Shown here: positions 1 to 12,209 of the stretch, piece by piece
How the letters are laid out: each line of letters begins with the position of its first letter
Position numbering within the stretch: the first letter of the stretch is position 1
Assembly: GCF_006345805.1 (NCBI RefSeq)
Contig: NC_043019.1
Coordinates: 10,601,360-10,665,359 of the forward strand
From: Octopus sinensis
Taxonomy: Eukaryota
Reading direction: 5' to 3'
Length of the DNA: 64,000 nucleotides
Program-made: the position numbers and the translations under genes
Notes under the pieces: model-generated
The model's database searches: none
The model's input: the letters and a program-made list of their open reading frames with translations, nothing else
Told to the model about the DNA's origin: nothing

Positions 1-574
1 AAATCCACTCACAAGGTTTTGGTTGACCCAAGGCTATAGCAGAAGACACTTGCCCAAGGTGCCACGCAGTGGGACTGAACCCGGAACCATGTGGTTGGTA
101 AGCAATCTACTTACCACACAGCCACTCCTGCACCTATGCATGTTTTTTGTTTGTTTTGGAAGTCTGGGACTCCCAAACCCACTCCCAAGGTTTTGGTTGG
201 CCCAAGGCTATAGCAGAAGACACTTGCCCAAGATGCCACGCAGTGGGACTGAACCTGGAATCATGTGGTTGGGAAGACATCACCAGCAAATTAATCCCCA
301 CTGCTGGCAGTTGGAAGAAAGTTCAGATTTCATGTAAAGGAAAGCAATGGGCTGTTGGTAACATGTAAGATGAACAGCTAATTGATTTAAAGTTTGCCAG
401 ATGTGTTTACATTTATCTTCATTCCAGAGCAAGGCTTTAAGCTGCAGGTTTAACTACATTAAATTTATCTTATAGATTCTAATGTACCATGCCTTGTGCT
501 TTATCTGTGTGTGTTGGTAAGCAAGCTACTTACCACACAGCCACTCCTGCGCCTGTGTTTGTATATTTTATAAT

Positions 575-982
575 TCTTTTACTTGTTTCAGTCATTGGAC
601 TGCGGCCATGCTGGAGCACCGCCTTTAATCGAGCAACTCGACCCCGGGACTTATTCTTTTGTAAGCCCAGTACTTATTCTATCGGTCTCTTTTGCCGAAC
701 CGCTAAGTAACGGGGACATAAACACACCAGCATCGGTTGTCAAGCAATGCTAGGGGGACAAACAGACACACAAACAAACAAACACACACACGCATATATA
801 TATATATATACATAGATACGACGGGCTTCTTTCAGCTTCCGTCTACCAAATCCACTCACAAGGCATTGGTTGGCCCGGGGCTATAGCAGAAGACACTTGC
901 CCAAGATGCCACTCAGTGGGACTGAACCCAGAACCATATGGTTGGTAAGCAAGCTACTTACCACACAGCCACTCCTGCGCCT
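575..982 (-). mobile_element. SINE family A (about 410 bp, tRNA-like head, internal (TA/CA)n); part of a tandem cluster covering 1-1250
   Basis: Head ggcgcaggagtggctgtgtggtaag...gggttcagtccc; tail gtcaaatgactgaaacaagtaaaagag; more than 25 full or partial copies in the window. Confidence 0.85.
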
Positions 983-1225
983 GTGTTTGTATATTTTATA
1001 ATTCTTTTACTTGTTTCAGTCATTGGACTGCAGCCATGCGGGGCACCGCCTTGAAGGGTTTTACTCGAAGAAATCAACACCAGGACTTATTCTTTGTAAG
1101 CCTTGTACTTAGTCAATCGCTCTCTTTTGCTGAACCACTAAGTTACGGGGACTTAAACACACCAGCATTGGTTGTCAAGCGATGGTGGGTGAACAAACGC
1201 AGACACACACATACATGCACATACA

Positions 1226-1261
<36 letters not shown>

Positions 1262-1334
1262 TATTTAAACATCTGTTTCTCTCCATATGTATATATATAT
1301 ATTTATATAAGTACTCACATACAAATACGTCTAT

Positions 1335-1600
<266 letters not shown>

Positions 1601-1606
1601 TATACT

Positions 1607-1954
1607 CTTTACTCTTTTATTTGTTTTCAGTCATTTGACTGCGGCCATGCTGGAGCACCGCCTTTAGTCGAGCAAATCGATCCCGGGACTTATTCTATCG
1701 GTCTCTTTTTGCCGAAGCATCAGTTGTCAAGCAATGCTAGGGGGACAAACACAGATACACAAACACACACATACATATATATACATATATACGACAGGCT
1801 TCTTTCAGTTTCCGTCTACCAAATCCACTCACAAGGCATTGGTCGGCCCGGGGCTATAGCAGAAGACACTTGCCCAAGATGCCATGTAGTGGGATTGAAC
1901 CCGGAACCATGTGGTTGGTAAGCAAGCTACTTACCACACAGCCACTCCTGTGCC
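1607..1954 (-). mobile_element. SINE family A, internally deleted
   Basis: Same head and tail as 575-982. Confidence 0.8.
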
Positions 1955-1976
1955 TTTGAAAAAAGTTGAGAGTATT

Positions 1977-2013
<37 letters not shown>

Positions 2014-2284
2014 AAAAATTATAAATAAAAATACAATATATATACAAATACTCTCATATACAAACATATATACAAGCACACACATTCTCTATTTACACGA
2101 CTACTCACATATGCATGCATACATACATATATATAAAAAAAGTCTTAATTAAATAACGCGTATTAACTGCATCTTCTAGAATTTAACGAAAGACAAAATA
2201 CACCACAAAAACCGTTTCTGTAACATCCTTATGGAAACGATCTCTTTCACAACAGTTCTTCAACTGTCTTTTAAAATCTGGACA

Positions 2285-2693
2285 CTCGCATCCCAAAACA
2301 GCTCTTCTACGGTGAACTCAGCCAGGGCAAACGCAAAGTCGGAGGGCAGAAGAAGCGCTTCAAGGACAGTCTCAAGGTCTCTCTCAAAGACTTCTCCATC
2401 GGCACAGAGACTTGGGAGACACTTGCTGCCGACCGCTCATCCTGGCGCAGCGCAATCACCACAGGAGCAGGGACAGCCGAGGAGGGATGGATTCAGTCAG
2501 CAGAGCAGAAACGCCAGATGCGGAAAGCCAGAGCCGCCTGCACCAGTAGCACGGCCCCTACCCACTTCTGCCCCACCTGTGGGAGGGACTTCCTTGCCCG
2601 GATTGGCCTCACCAGCCACCTCCGGTCTCATAGTGGCAGTTCCACCAGATGATGTCAGTGGTCATCTTCGAACCCGAAGGACGAACATTATTA
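2285..2693 (+). mobile_element. 5'-truncated RTE-clade LINE 3' end (AviRTE/RTE-like) with C2H2 finger and 14-bp TSD
   Basis: Open frame RIPKQLFYGELSQGKRKVGGQKKRFKDSLK...CPTCGRDFLARIGLTSHLRSH, stop 2650-2652; (ATT)n tail; TSD ttaaaatctggaca at 2271-2284 and 2694-2707. Confidence 0.9.
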
Positions 2694-3261
2694 TTAAAAT
2701 CTGGACATTTGCAATGTGGAGAAAGATAGCCAGTGATTTGGGTGACTGAACTTTGTGACCCAGTTTTGCTCAAACACTGCTGTTTTGAAGTACAGTTGCT
2801 GTCAGGTTTATGCATTTTCCTGCTGGAAAGAAATCAAGACAGAAACGCATTCAATTCATTCTCATACATAACAATGTTACTCCAGGAATGCTCTTCACCT
2901 CCAACTGAAGCACTTCTATACTTTTTGGCACTATACGTCTATATGAGATGCTTTTTTTTTTTTACAAGACTAGTACTGACTGCAATATCGTGGGTTCCTT
3001 ACAGTATATCCACCGTAAGTAAAACATACAGAATGCTATTCTGAACTAGTATTGCTGCCATTGTACATACTAGTACAAAATGTAAGTGATTCAGTACTAG
3101 AATGTATTGTACTCATGCGCTTTGGTAGGTCTCTATATACATACATACATACATACTCAATATACATATATACACACATATATATATATGTTGGCATAAA
3201 ATCCACGTGTACCCATGTGCTTGTTTATGTTTTATATATATATATATATAAATATATAGTC

Positions 3262-3446
3262 ACCATGATAGATCGTTAGCCACTACACACAATTTTTTTT
3301 CTCTCCTTGTTTTTTCTGTGTCCTTTTCTGTAGAAGAGCATAGGCTCGAAACGTAAAAGACTTTTTCTGTTCCTAAGCGTTATACTAATACATCTGTTTG
3401 TTTTGTACACCACCTGTCTTCAGCTTTTGTTTTTTTCATAAACTCT

Positions 3447-3450
<4 letters not shown>
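3262..3450 (+). mobile_element. Family P2 short element with degenerate minimal hammerhead motif (3320-3361)
   Basis: CTGTAGAA-GAGC atag GCTC-GAAAC-GT-A-aaagac; (TA)n flanks; copies at 31005 and 58000. Confidence 0.5.
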
Positions 3451-3487
<37 letters not shown>

Positions 3488-3649
3488 CATAATACAACTA
3501 ATGGCTTAGGAGTAAAATTTAGGATTTCTCAGTTTTCTGTGAATTGATTTTGATAAAACTTTCTCCATCTGGTTTGCACACTATGGCAACACCATTGTTA
3601 TGTTTTCATTATTCTGTGTAACATCCATTCTTTTTTATTTCAGATTCTG

Positions 3650-3832
3650 CAGTTTTTGGGTGAACCACACTAATAATGTCTCTCCTCTCTAAGAACAATG
3701 GGGCATGGAAAAGGCCTTAGCAATGACTGAGAAAGACACCAACTGCTCTGCCTGTAACGCCAAGGCCAAGATCAAGGAGGAGTTCAAAGACCTTCCCAAA
3801 AACACAGAGAAGAACGCATGTAATAGGTTCTG
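3650..3832 (+). mobile_element. Degenerate Tc1/mariner-superfamily transposase C-terminal remnant
   Basis: ..WG..EKDTNCSACNAKAKIKEEFKDLPKNTEKNACNRF resembles post-catalytic Tc1/mariner helices; truncated by an RTE tail. Confidence 0.5.
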
Positions 3833-3837
3833 GCACC

Positions 3838-4076
3838 AATGGGTTGGACGATTTGACTGAGGTCTGGCGAGCCAGATGGCTGCACCAGTCTCCAATCTGA
3901 TCTGGCAGAGTTTCTACAGCTGGATGCCCTTCCTAACGCCAACCACTCTGAGAGTGTAGTGGGTGCTTTTACGTGCCACCAGCACGAGGGTCAGTCAGGC
4001 GGTACTGGCAATGGCCACGCTCAAACGGTGCTTTTTATGTGCCACCTGCACAGGAGCCAGTCCAGCGGCACTGGCA
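3838..4076 (-). mobile_element. Family F copy
   Basis: Matches the LINE 3' UTR. Confidence 0.75.
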
Positions 4077-4249
4077 AACTCAGATTTAGCCTGAGCACTT
4101 GATCTATATGTGTGGGTGTGCTTGTATCTACACACTCACTCTCTCATACTGATTTTAACCTTTGGGGAAGTGTGTATAATATACTGTGGAATAAAATAGG
4201 TGAGCCTAAGGTTATTGTTTTATGTAAACGCACTCATGCTCTCATGGGA

Positions 4250-4636
4250 TGGAAGCACTCCGTCGGTTACGACGACGAGGGTTCTGGTTGATCCGAATCA
4301 GCGGAACAGCCTGCTCGTGAAATTAACGTGTTAAGTGGCTGAGCACTCCACAGACACGTGTACCCTTAACGTAGTTCTCGGGGATATTCAGCGTGACACA
4401 GAGAGTGACAAGGCCGGCCCTTTGAAATACAGGTACAACAGAAACAGGAAGTAAGAGTGAGAGAAAGTTGTGGTGAAAGAGTACAGCAGGGATCACCACC
4501 ATCCCCTGCCGGAGCCTCGTGGAGCTTTTTAGGTGTTTTCGCTCAATAAACACTCACAACGCCCGGTCTGGGAATCGAAGCCGTGATCCTATGACCGCGA
4601 GTCCGCTGCCCTAACCACTGGGCCATTGCGCCTCCA
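4250..4636 (-). mobile_element. tRNA(Arg)-derived SINE, family C (octopus OR-like)
   Basis: A-box TGGCCCAGTGG, B-box GCTTCGATTCC; TSD cactcatgctctc (4231-4243 / 4635-4647). Confidence 0.85.
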
Positions 4637-4675
4637 CTCATGCTCTCTCACACACACGTAGACGGGTAAAACACA

Positions 4676-4900
4676 TACAATGGGATGCTGAAAAGTTCCT
4701 GGCTTTAAGGTTATTGCGAAAAGCTGGTTGAGGGCCCAATCTTCCAGATTCTTTTATAGGGCTTAGAAAATCTGAAAGGCCCACTGCAATAAGTGTGTGA
4801 ATCTGAGAGGGGGATAATATGCTGAATAAAATCATAATTAACTGATCCTCCTGTATTTTCTTTTACCTCAAAGGCACAAAATTTTCGGGACCTCATCGTA
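4676..4900 (+). mobile_element. Mariner-derived MITE
   Basis: TA flanks; imperfect TIR caatgggatgctgaaaagt / attttcgggacctcatcg; residual AAGTGTGTGAATCTGAGAGG (KCVNLRG) transposase end. A lone similar TIR occurs near 37770. Confidence 0.6.
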
Positions 4901-5045
4901 TGCATAGGGAAAACACACTGAAATTAATAAGACGGACTTCCACTTGTTCGGTTTCCTAGCATCAACGGAGCAGGCAAGATCTTGGGTAACTATTAAAAAC
5001 AAGTGTGTATGTGTGTATATGTGCATGTGTGTGTATATATATATA

Positions 5046-5270
5046 CTCTTTTTACTCTTTTACTTGTTTCAGTCATTTTGACTGCGGCCATGCTGTAGCA
5101 CCGCCTTTATTTGAGCAACTCGACCCCGGGACTTATTCTTTTGTAAGCCCAGTACCTATTCTATCGGTCTCTTTTGCTGAACCGCTAAGTGACGGGGACA
5201 TAAACACACCAGAATCAGTTGTCAAGCAATGCTAGGGGCACAAACACACACACACATATATATATATATA
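5046..5270 (-). mobile_element. SINE family A, 3' part
   Basis: Homology to family A. Confidence 0.75.
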
Positions 5271-5279
5271 TAAATAAAG

Positions 5280-5488
5280 TTAATCCAAACAAGAAAACAC
5301 AAAAAAAAAACACAACAACGCGAGGACGTGGAACAAATAAAGTATTATTTGACGCTCAGGAAAGAAGGAAAGAAGGAGGGTTTAACGTTTCGAGCGGAGC
5401 TCTTCGGCGGAAACAAAGGAGAAGGAAAGATCCAGAGAAGGGAAGACAGAGGAAAAAAATTGCTGGCGGTGCTCACGAGGTCACATGT
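5280..5488 (-). mobile_element. Family P1 short element with minimal hammerhead-like motif at 5380-5414
   Basis: Minus strand gttt-CCGCCGAA-GAGC tcc GCTC-GAAAC-GT-T-aaac; reverse complement of 23634-23832. Confidence 0.55.
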
Positions 5489-5684
5489 ATATACATATAT
5501 ATACCTATATATGTGTGTGAATATAATATACATGTGTATGTGTGTGTATATATATAATGCCGGTGTAGGAAGGATTTACACCCTTCCCCCTCCGCCCACC
5601 TCAAATTCACCTGTTTTTTCTGACTGTTCTCAATCAGCCTCAAACAGCAAATCCCCGCATTCAATGCATCGCGTATCATGTATT

Positions 5685-6095
5685 AGTAGTAGTAGTAGTA
5701 GTAGAAGTGGTGGTGGTAGTAGTAGTAGTAGTAGAAGTGGTGGTGGTAGTAGTAGTAGTAGTAGAAGTGGTGGTGGTAGTAGTAGTAGTAGTAGAAGTGG
5801 TGGTGGTAGTAGTAGTAGTAGTAGAAGTGGTGGTGGTAGTAGTAGTAGTAGTAGAAGTGGTGGTGGTAGTAGTAGTAGTAGTAGAAGTGGTGGTGGTAGT
5901 AGTAGTAGTAGTAGAAGTGGTGGTGGTAGTAGTAGTAGTAGTAGAAGTGGTGGTGGTAGTAGTAGTAGTAGTAGAAGTGGTGGTGGTAGTAGTAGTAGTA
6001 GTAGAAGTGGTGGTGGTAGTAGTAGTAGTAGTAGAAGTGGTGGTGGTAGTAGTAGTAGTAGTAGAAGTGGTGGTGGTAGTAGTAGTAGTAGTAGT
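5685..6095. repeat. Perfect 30-bp minisatellite x13 (gtagaagtggtggtggtagtagtagtagta)
   Basis: Identical units from 5701 to 6090. Confidence 0.95.
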
Positions 6096-6182
6096 GTTAT
6101 TGCTTCCACTGCTGCGTACGTGCCTCTGTCCACGATTCACATATTTTCTTTGGGAGTGGTAGGGTTAGGGTAGAAGGAGGGT

Positions 6183-6215
<33 letters not shown>

Positions 6216-6434
6216 TGTGTGAATGAGGGGGAGGTTAGAAAAGTAGTTGTGAAAGAAAGGATTCTCGTTCCCTCGTTTTGTCTCCTCTAAATCACTCTTC
6301 TATTTTTCATCTCTCTCTTTCATTTCTCCTTCCTCCTCCTTTCTCTACACCTCTACTGCCACCTCTTCTCTTCAATTCTCTTCGATTTTTCTAATGAAAT
6401 ATTCAACTTAATCATGTCTTCATCCTGCTGAAGG

Positions 6435-7149
6435 TGCTGCTGCTGATGATGATAATGATAATAATGACGATGATGGTAGTGGTGATGATGATGATGATAG
6501 TGGTGGTGGTGATGATGGTGGAGGTGGTGTTGATGGTGATGATAATGATAATAATGATGATGATGGTAGTGGTGGTGGTGGTGTTGATGATGACGATGAT
6601 GATAGTGGTGATGATGATGGTGGAGGTGGTGTTGATGATGATGATGGTAGTGATGGTGATGGTGGTGGTTTTGATGATAGTAACTGTAGCATTAGTGGTG
6701 ATCGTGGTATCAATGATGTTGGTGATGATTTTGATGATGATGGTGGTAAAGACGATGATGACGATGATGATGGTAGTGTTGGTAGGGGTGAAGAGGGGTA
6801 TTGATGATGTTGGTGATGATTTTGATGATGATGGTGGTAAAGACGATGATGATGGTGGTAAAGACGATGATGACGATGATGATGGTAGTGTTGGTAGGGG
6901 TGAAGAGGGGTATTGATGATGTTGGTGATGATGATGATGATGATGGTGGTAAAGACGATGATGATGGTGGTAAAGACGATGATGACGATGATGATGGTAG
7001 TGTTGGTAGGGGTGAAGGGGGGTATTGATGATGTTGGTGATGATTTTGATGATGATGGTGGTAAAGACGATGATGATGGTGGTAAAGACGATGATGACGA
7101 TGATGATGGTAGTGTTGGTAGGGGTGAAGGGGGGTATTGATGATGTTGG

Positions 7150-7185
<36 letters not shown>
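6435..7185. repeat. (GAT/GGT)n low-complexity tract containing an about 112-bp unit x about 4
   Basis: ggtagtgttggtaggggtgaag(a/g)ggggtattgatgatg recurs every about 112 bp. Confidence 0.85.
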
Positions 7186-7470
7186 GGGTATTTACGACAA
7201 CACAGACATGAAAATATGAAATATTTGCCCAAGCCTTGAGATGCAGTAAATGCTTCGTCTCCGTGTCAGTGTGTCAGGGTGTATATGGAGACCAATTGTG
7301 TGTGTGTGTGTTTGCACGAAACTGTACGGATGACAGTGCTTATCGGTACCAACGAGTGTATAAATATACACTGCAATATGTGTGTGTAACATGTGCTTGT
7401 GTGATTCAGTATATATGTGTGTGTGTGTGTGTGTATGTATATGCATGTTTTATATATATGCGTATATATA

Positions 7471-7827
7471 GGCGCAGGAGTGGCTGTGTGGTAAGTAGCT
7501 TGCTAACCAACCACATGGTTCCGGGTTCAGTCCCACTGCGTGGCATCTTGGGCAAGTGTCTTCTGCTATAGCCCCGGGCCGACCGATGCCTTGTGAGTGG
7601 ATTTGGTAGACGGAAACTGAAAGAAGCCTGTCGTATATATGTATGTGTGTGTGTGTTTGACAACCAATGCTGGTGTGTTTACGTCCCCGTCACTTAGCGG
7701 TTCGGCAAATGAGACCGATAGAATAAGTACTGGGCTTACAAAAGAATAAGTCCCGGGGTCGATTTGTTCGACTAAAAGGCGGTGCTCCAGCATGGCCGCA
7801 GTCAAATGACTGAAACAAGTAAAAGAG
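7471..7827 (+). mobile_element. SINE family A
   Basis: Full head and tail. Confidence 0.85.
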
Positions 7828-8061
7828 ATATGTATATATGTGTGTATGTGTATATATACATGTGTGTGTGTGCGCATGTGTTTATATGTATATGTATATT
7901 TTATATATATGCGTATATGTATATATGTGTGTATGTGTATATATACGTGTGTGTGTATGTGTTTTATACATATGCGTATACGTATATATGTGTGTGTGTA
8001 TATGTGTTTATATATGTATATGTGTTTTATATATATGCATATATGTATATATGCGTGTGTA

Positions 8062-8098
<37 letters not shown>

Positions 8099-8595
8099 TA
8101 ATAAATAAAACATATGCATATATATAAACATATATGTACGTACCTACCTCTACATGTACATATACACGCATATATGAGTACAGGACACCAAAAAGACGTC
8201 GAACACAATGAGAAACGAAAAACATATATATATATATATAAATAAATATATATATATATGTATGTATGTACATACTGGTACAAAATGTAAGTGTGCAGCT
8301 GTGTGATTCAGTACTAGTATGTATATTTTACTCATGTGCTTTGGTATGTTCTCAATATACATACATACATACTATATATATACATACATACAACACACAC
8401 ACATATATATGTTGGCATAAAATCCATGTGTACCCATGTGCTTGCTTATGTTTTATGTAGTGAACCAGTTGGGATGGTTCCAATATTTCTGTGCTGTAGA
8501 CACGGCATAGTTTACTTTATCTGAAGGTCAGATTCCATTTCCTATACCCATATTAATTTAAGTTGGTATCATGCCTTCCTTATCATCATCTGCGT

Positions 8596-8940
8596 GAAGG
8601 CGCATGGCTCGGTGGTTAGAGCGTCAAGCTTACGATCGTGAGGTTGTGAGTTCAAATCCTGGACCGGGCTGCGTGTTGTGTTCTCGAGCAAGACACTTTA
8701 TTTCACGTTGCTGCAGTTCACTCAGCTGTAGAAATGAGTTGCGACGTCACTGGTGCCAAGCTGTATCGACCTTTGTCTTTCCCTTGGATAACACTGGTGG
8801 CGTGGAGAGGGGAGGCTGGTATGCATGGGCGACTGCTGGCCTTCCATAAACAACCTTGCCCGGACTTGTGCCTCAGAGGGTAACTCTCTAGGTGCAATCC
8901 CATGGTCATTCATGACCGAAGGGGGTCTTTACTTTACCTT
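8596..8940 (+). mobile_element. tRNA-derived SINE, family E, with CORE-like central segment
   Basis: A-box TGGCTCGGTGG, B-box AGTTCAAATCC, then ttgtgttctcgagcaagacactt; (ttta/c) tail. Confidence 0.7.
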
Positions 8941-9250
8941 TATCATCATCATCATCATCATCGTTTAACGTCCGTTCTCCATGCTAGCACGGGTTGGACG
9001 GTTCGACCGGGGATCTGGGAAGCCAGAAGGCTGCACCAGGCTCCGGTCTTATCTGGCAATGTTTCTACAGCTGGATGCCCTTCCTAACGCCAACCACTCC
9101 GTGAGTGTAGTGGATGCTTTTTACGTGCCACCTGCACTGGTGCCAGGCGAGGCTGGCATCGGCCATGGTCGGATTGGTGCATTTTACGTGCCACCTGCAC
9201 GGAAGCCAGTCGAGGTGGCACTGGCTTCGGCCACGATTCGGATGGTGCTT
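8941..9250 (-). mobile_element. Family F copy
   Basis: Matches the LINE 3' UTR; (CAT)n tail on plus. Confidence 0.8.
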
Positions 9251-9378
9251 CGGATCATATGTATACATGTGTGTGTGTGTCAGTGTGGCTATGTGGTAAG
9301 GAATTTGCTTGCCAACCATAACGGTTCCAGGTTCAGTCCCACTGTGTGGTACCTTGGGCATTTTCTACTGTAGCATCC

Positions 9379-9792
9379 TATTTCTTTACTACCCACAAGG
9401 GGCTCAACACAGAGAGGACAAACAAGGACAGACAAATGGATTAAGTTGATTATATCGATCCCAGTGCGTAACAGGTACTTATTTAATCGACCCTGAAAGG
9501 ATGAAAGGCAAAGTCGACCTCGGCGGAATTTGAACTCAGAATGTAACGGCAGACGAAATACCTATTTCTTTACTACCTACAAGGGGCTCAACACAGAGAG
9601 AACAAATAAGGACAGACAAACGGATTAAGTCGATTATATCGACCCCAGTGTGTAACTGGTACTTATTTAATCGACCCCGAAAGGATGAAAGGCAAAGTCA
9701 ACCTCGGCGGAATTTGAACTCAGAATGTAACGGCAGACGAAATACCGCTAAGCATTTCGCCCGGTGTGCTAACCATTCTGCCAGCTCGCCGC
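9379..9792 (-). mobile_element. SINE family B, dimeric
   Basis: Head ggcgagctggcagaa...gagttcaaattcc; body ctttcatcctttcggggtcgat; 3' about 184 bp repeated. Confidence 0.8.
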
Positions 9793-10088
9793 CTGTAGCA
9801 TCCTGCTGACCAAGCCTTGCGATGGATTTGGTAGATGGAAACTGAAAACAGCCCATCACACACACACACATAACAGGGGCAAGCATGGTTGTATGGTAAG
9901 AAGCTTGCTTCTCACTCACATGATTCCAGGTTCAGTCCCATTGTATGGAACCTTGGGCAAATGTCTTTTAATATATCCAGCCTTGTGAATGGATTTGGTA
10001 GATGGAAACTGAAAGAAGCCCATTGTATATATATGTGTCTGTCTGTCTCTTTTCCCCTGGCCACCATTTGACAACTGATGTTAGAGTG

Positions 10089-10400
10089 TTTAGTTAGTTA
10101 GTTAATTTTTTGGCTCAAAAAGCAAAAAGCAAGGCCATGTAGGGGGACATGGAGTTATGTACAGGGTGGTGTTCATGTAAAGAGTTCAGGCCACTTGAGG
10201 TCAAGGGAGACTTTGAATCGCGCGGTTGTCGGCATCTTCACCATCTCGTCTGGCAGCTTGTTCCACGGATCCGCAACCCGGATGGAGAAAGCCCCTCTCC
10301 TTCGATTGAGATGAAATCGTCGCAGATAGAGCTTTTCGGAATGACCCCGCAGCCGACGCTCTGGAGCAGGAGTGAAGAACAGCTCTTTCGAGAGGTTACA
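10089..10400 (-). mobile_element. CR1-clade LINE 3' fragment
   Basis: LRGHSEKL..RRRGAFSIRVADPWNKLPDEMV..FKVSLD C-terminal motif; (CTAA)n tail. Confidence 0.8.
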
Positions 10401-10777
10401 CTTTCCGCTTATGATGTTTATGTTCCCGTTTGGCAAAAGAGATCACTAGAAAAAGTACTGGGGTCAATTTGTTTGACTACAATTCTTCAAGGTGTTGCCC
10501 CAGTATGGCTGTAGTCTAATTACTAAAACAATTAAGAAATGATGATGACGATGATATATACATGTTTTAACATCCACTTTTCTATGCTTACATGGGTCAG
10601 AGGGAATTTGTTGAGATTTCCTACAGCCAGATGCCCTTCCTGTTGCTAACCCTCACCTCTTTCCAAGCAAGATTATACATCTCCATGGCCTGACATGTTT
10701 TTATGGAAGATTGGAAATGAACAACCTCACGTGTATGATGCTAAAACAAGAACGAATGAACACACCCACATACCCTT

Positions 10778-10977
10778 TTACTTTTACTTGCTTCAGTCAT
10801 TTGACTGTGGCCATGCTGGAGCACCGCCTTTAGTCAAGCAAATCGACCCCAGGACTTATTCTTTATAAGCCTAGTACTTATTCTATTGGTCTCTTTTGCC
10901 GAACTGCTAAGTTATGGGGACATAAACACACCAGCATTGGTTGTCAAGCGATGTTGGGGGGGGGGGGACAAACACAG

Positions 10978-11012
<35 letters not shown>

Positions 11013-11148
11013 CGAGCTTCTTTCAGTTTCCGTCTACCAAATCCACTCACAAGGCTTTGGTTGGCCTGAGGCTATAGTAGAAGACACTTGCCCAAGGTGC
11101 CATGCAGTGGGACTGAACCTGGAACCATGTGGTTGGTAAGCAAGCTAC
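10778..11148 (-). mobile_element. SINE family A
   Basis: Homology to family A. Confidence 0.8.
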
Positions 11149-11382
11149 ATAATATATAAATAATGGTCAGGGCATTGAGCTGGCAGAGTTGTTAGCACAC
11201 AGGGTAAAATGCCTAGCAGCAATTTTGTCCATCTTTACATTCTGAGTTCAAATTCCACTGAAGTTAATCTTGCCTTTCATCCTTTCGGGGTTGATAAAAT
11301 ATGTACCAGTTGAACACTGGGGTCAAGGTAATCGACTTACCCCTCTCCACTGATATCTGCTGGATTTGTGATTTTAGACTCG

Positions 11383-11567
11383 GGTAGTATGCTGATTAAA
11401 GCACATTCGCTAACCCTATCTGGTAGTATGCTGATTAAAGCACATTCGCTAACCCTATCTGGTAGTATGCTGATTAAAGCACATTCGCTAACCCTATCTG
11501 GTAGTATGCTGATTAAAGCACATTCGCTAACCCTATCTGGTAGTATGCTGATTAAAGCACATTCGCT
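11383..11567. repeat. Perfect 39-bp tandem repeat x4.7
   Basis: ggtagtatgctgattaaagcacattcgctaaccctatct at 11383, 11422, 11461, 11500 and 11539 (partial). Confidence 0.95.
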
Positions 11568-11633
11568 GTCTGCGGCTACCTGATGTCATCAACAGTATGG
11601 ATATAAATGCCACTGGATTTACTTCAGGAATTC

Positions 11634-11890
11634 CTCCGGCACGTAAAAAGCACCATCCGATCGTAGCCGTTTGCCAGCCTCCCCTGGCACCTGTGCAGGT
11701 GGCATGTAAAAAGCATCCACTACACTCATGGAGTGGTTGGCGTTAGGAAGGGCATCCAGCTGTAGAAACACTGCCAGATCAGACTGGAGCCTGGTGCAGC
11801 GTTCTGGCTTCCCAGACCCCGGTCGAACCGTCCAACCCATGCCAGCATGGAAAACGGACGTTAAACGACGACGATGACGATGATGATGAT
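11634..11890 (+). mobile_element. Family F copy
   Basis: Matches the LINE 3' UTR; (GAT)n tail. Confidence 0.8.
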
Positions 11891-12056
11891 GAGAGAGCCC
11901 ATCTTGCATCGGTTCCTCGCAGGTGAGATTCTGGACAACTGGTTGGGGGTGCATCCTTTGGTGCAGACGTGTATCATCAGGTGATTTTTTAAAAGGTACT
12001 TTGCTCAATAGAGCCACCTGACAAGTCATATCTGCGCCAAAGGATGTACCACAACA

Positions 12057-12209
12057 AGTCAGCAGAAGTTCGCCATTACCTTCTGCCGGAGCCATGTGGA
12101 GCTCTGAGGTGTTTCGCTCATAAACACACACATCGCCCGGTCTGAGATTCGAACCCGCGATCCCTCGACCACGAGTCCGCTGCTCTAACCACTGGGCCAT
12201 GTGCCTCCA
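12057..12209 (-). mobile_element. Short tRNA-derived SINE, family D
   Basis: tggaggcacatggcccagtggttagagc...ggttcgaatc head; copy at 37029-37180. Confidence 0.75.

Noticed and set aside
2720-2830. Possible minus-strand exon (ttccag|CAGG...) interrupted by the RTE insertion
   Set aside because: The reconstructed frames give no recognisable protein and no clear donor.
4550-4636. tRNA-like sequences (also at about 12140-12209, 26280-26365, 31239-31320, 37110-37180, 42895-42958, 57900-57981 and 8600-8670)
   Set aside because: They are SINE heads. They run directly into repeat bodies, some have TSDs, and they lack a complete acceptor stem and Pol III terminator.
5630-7232. Long ORFs of poly-V/T/L/S/H/D
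   Set aside because: They are translations of triplet microsatellites and minisatellites, with no splice context or recognisable protein.
11383-11567. CRISPR-like repeat/spacer appearance
   Set aside because: The 'spacers' are identical and only 10 nt, the context is eukaryotic, and there are no cas genes.
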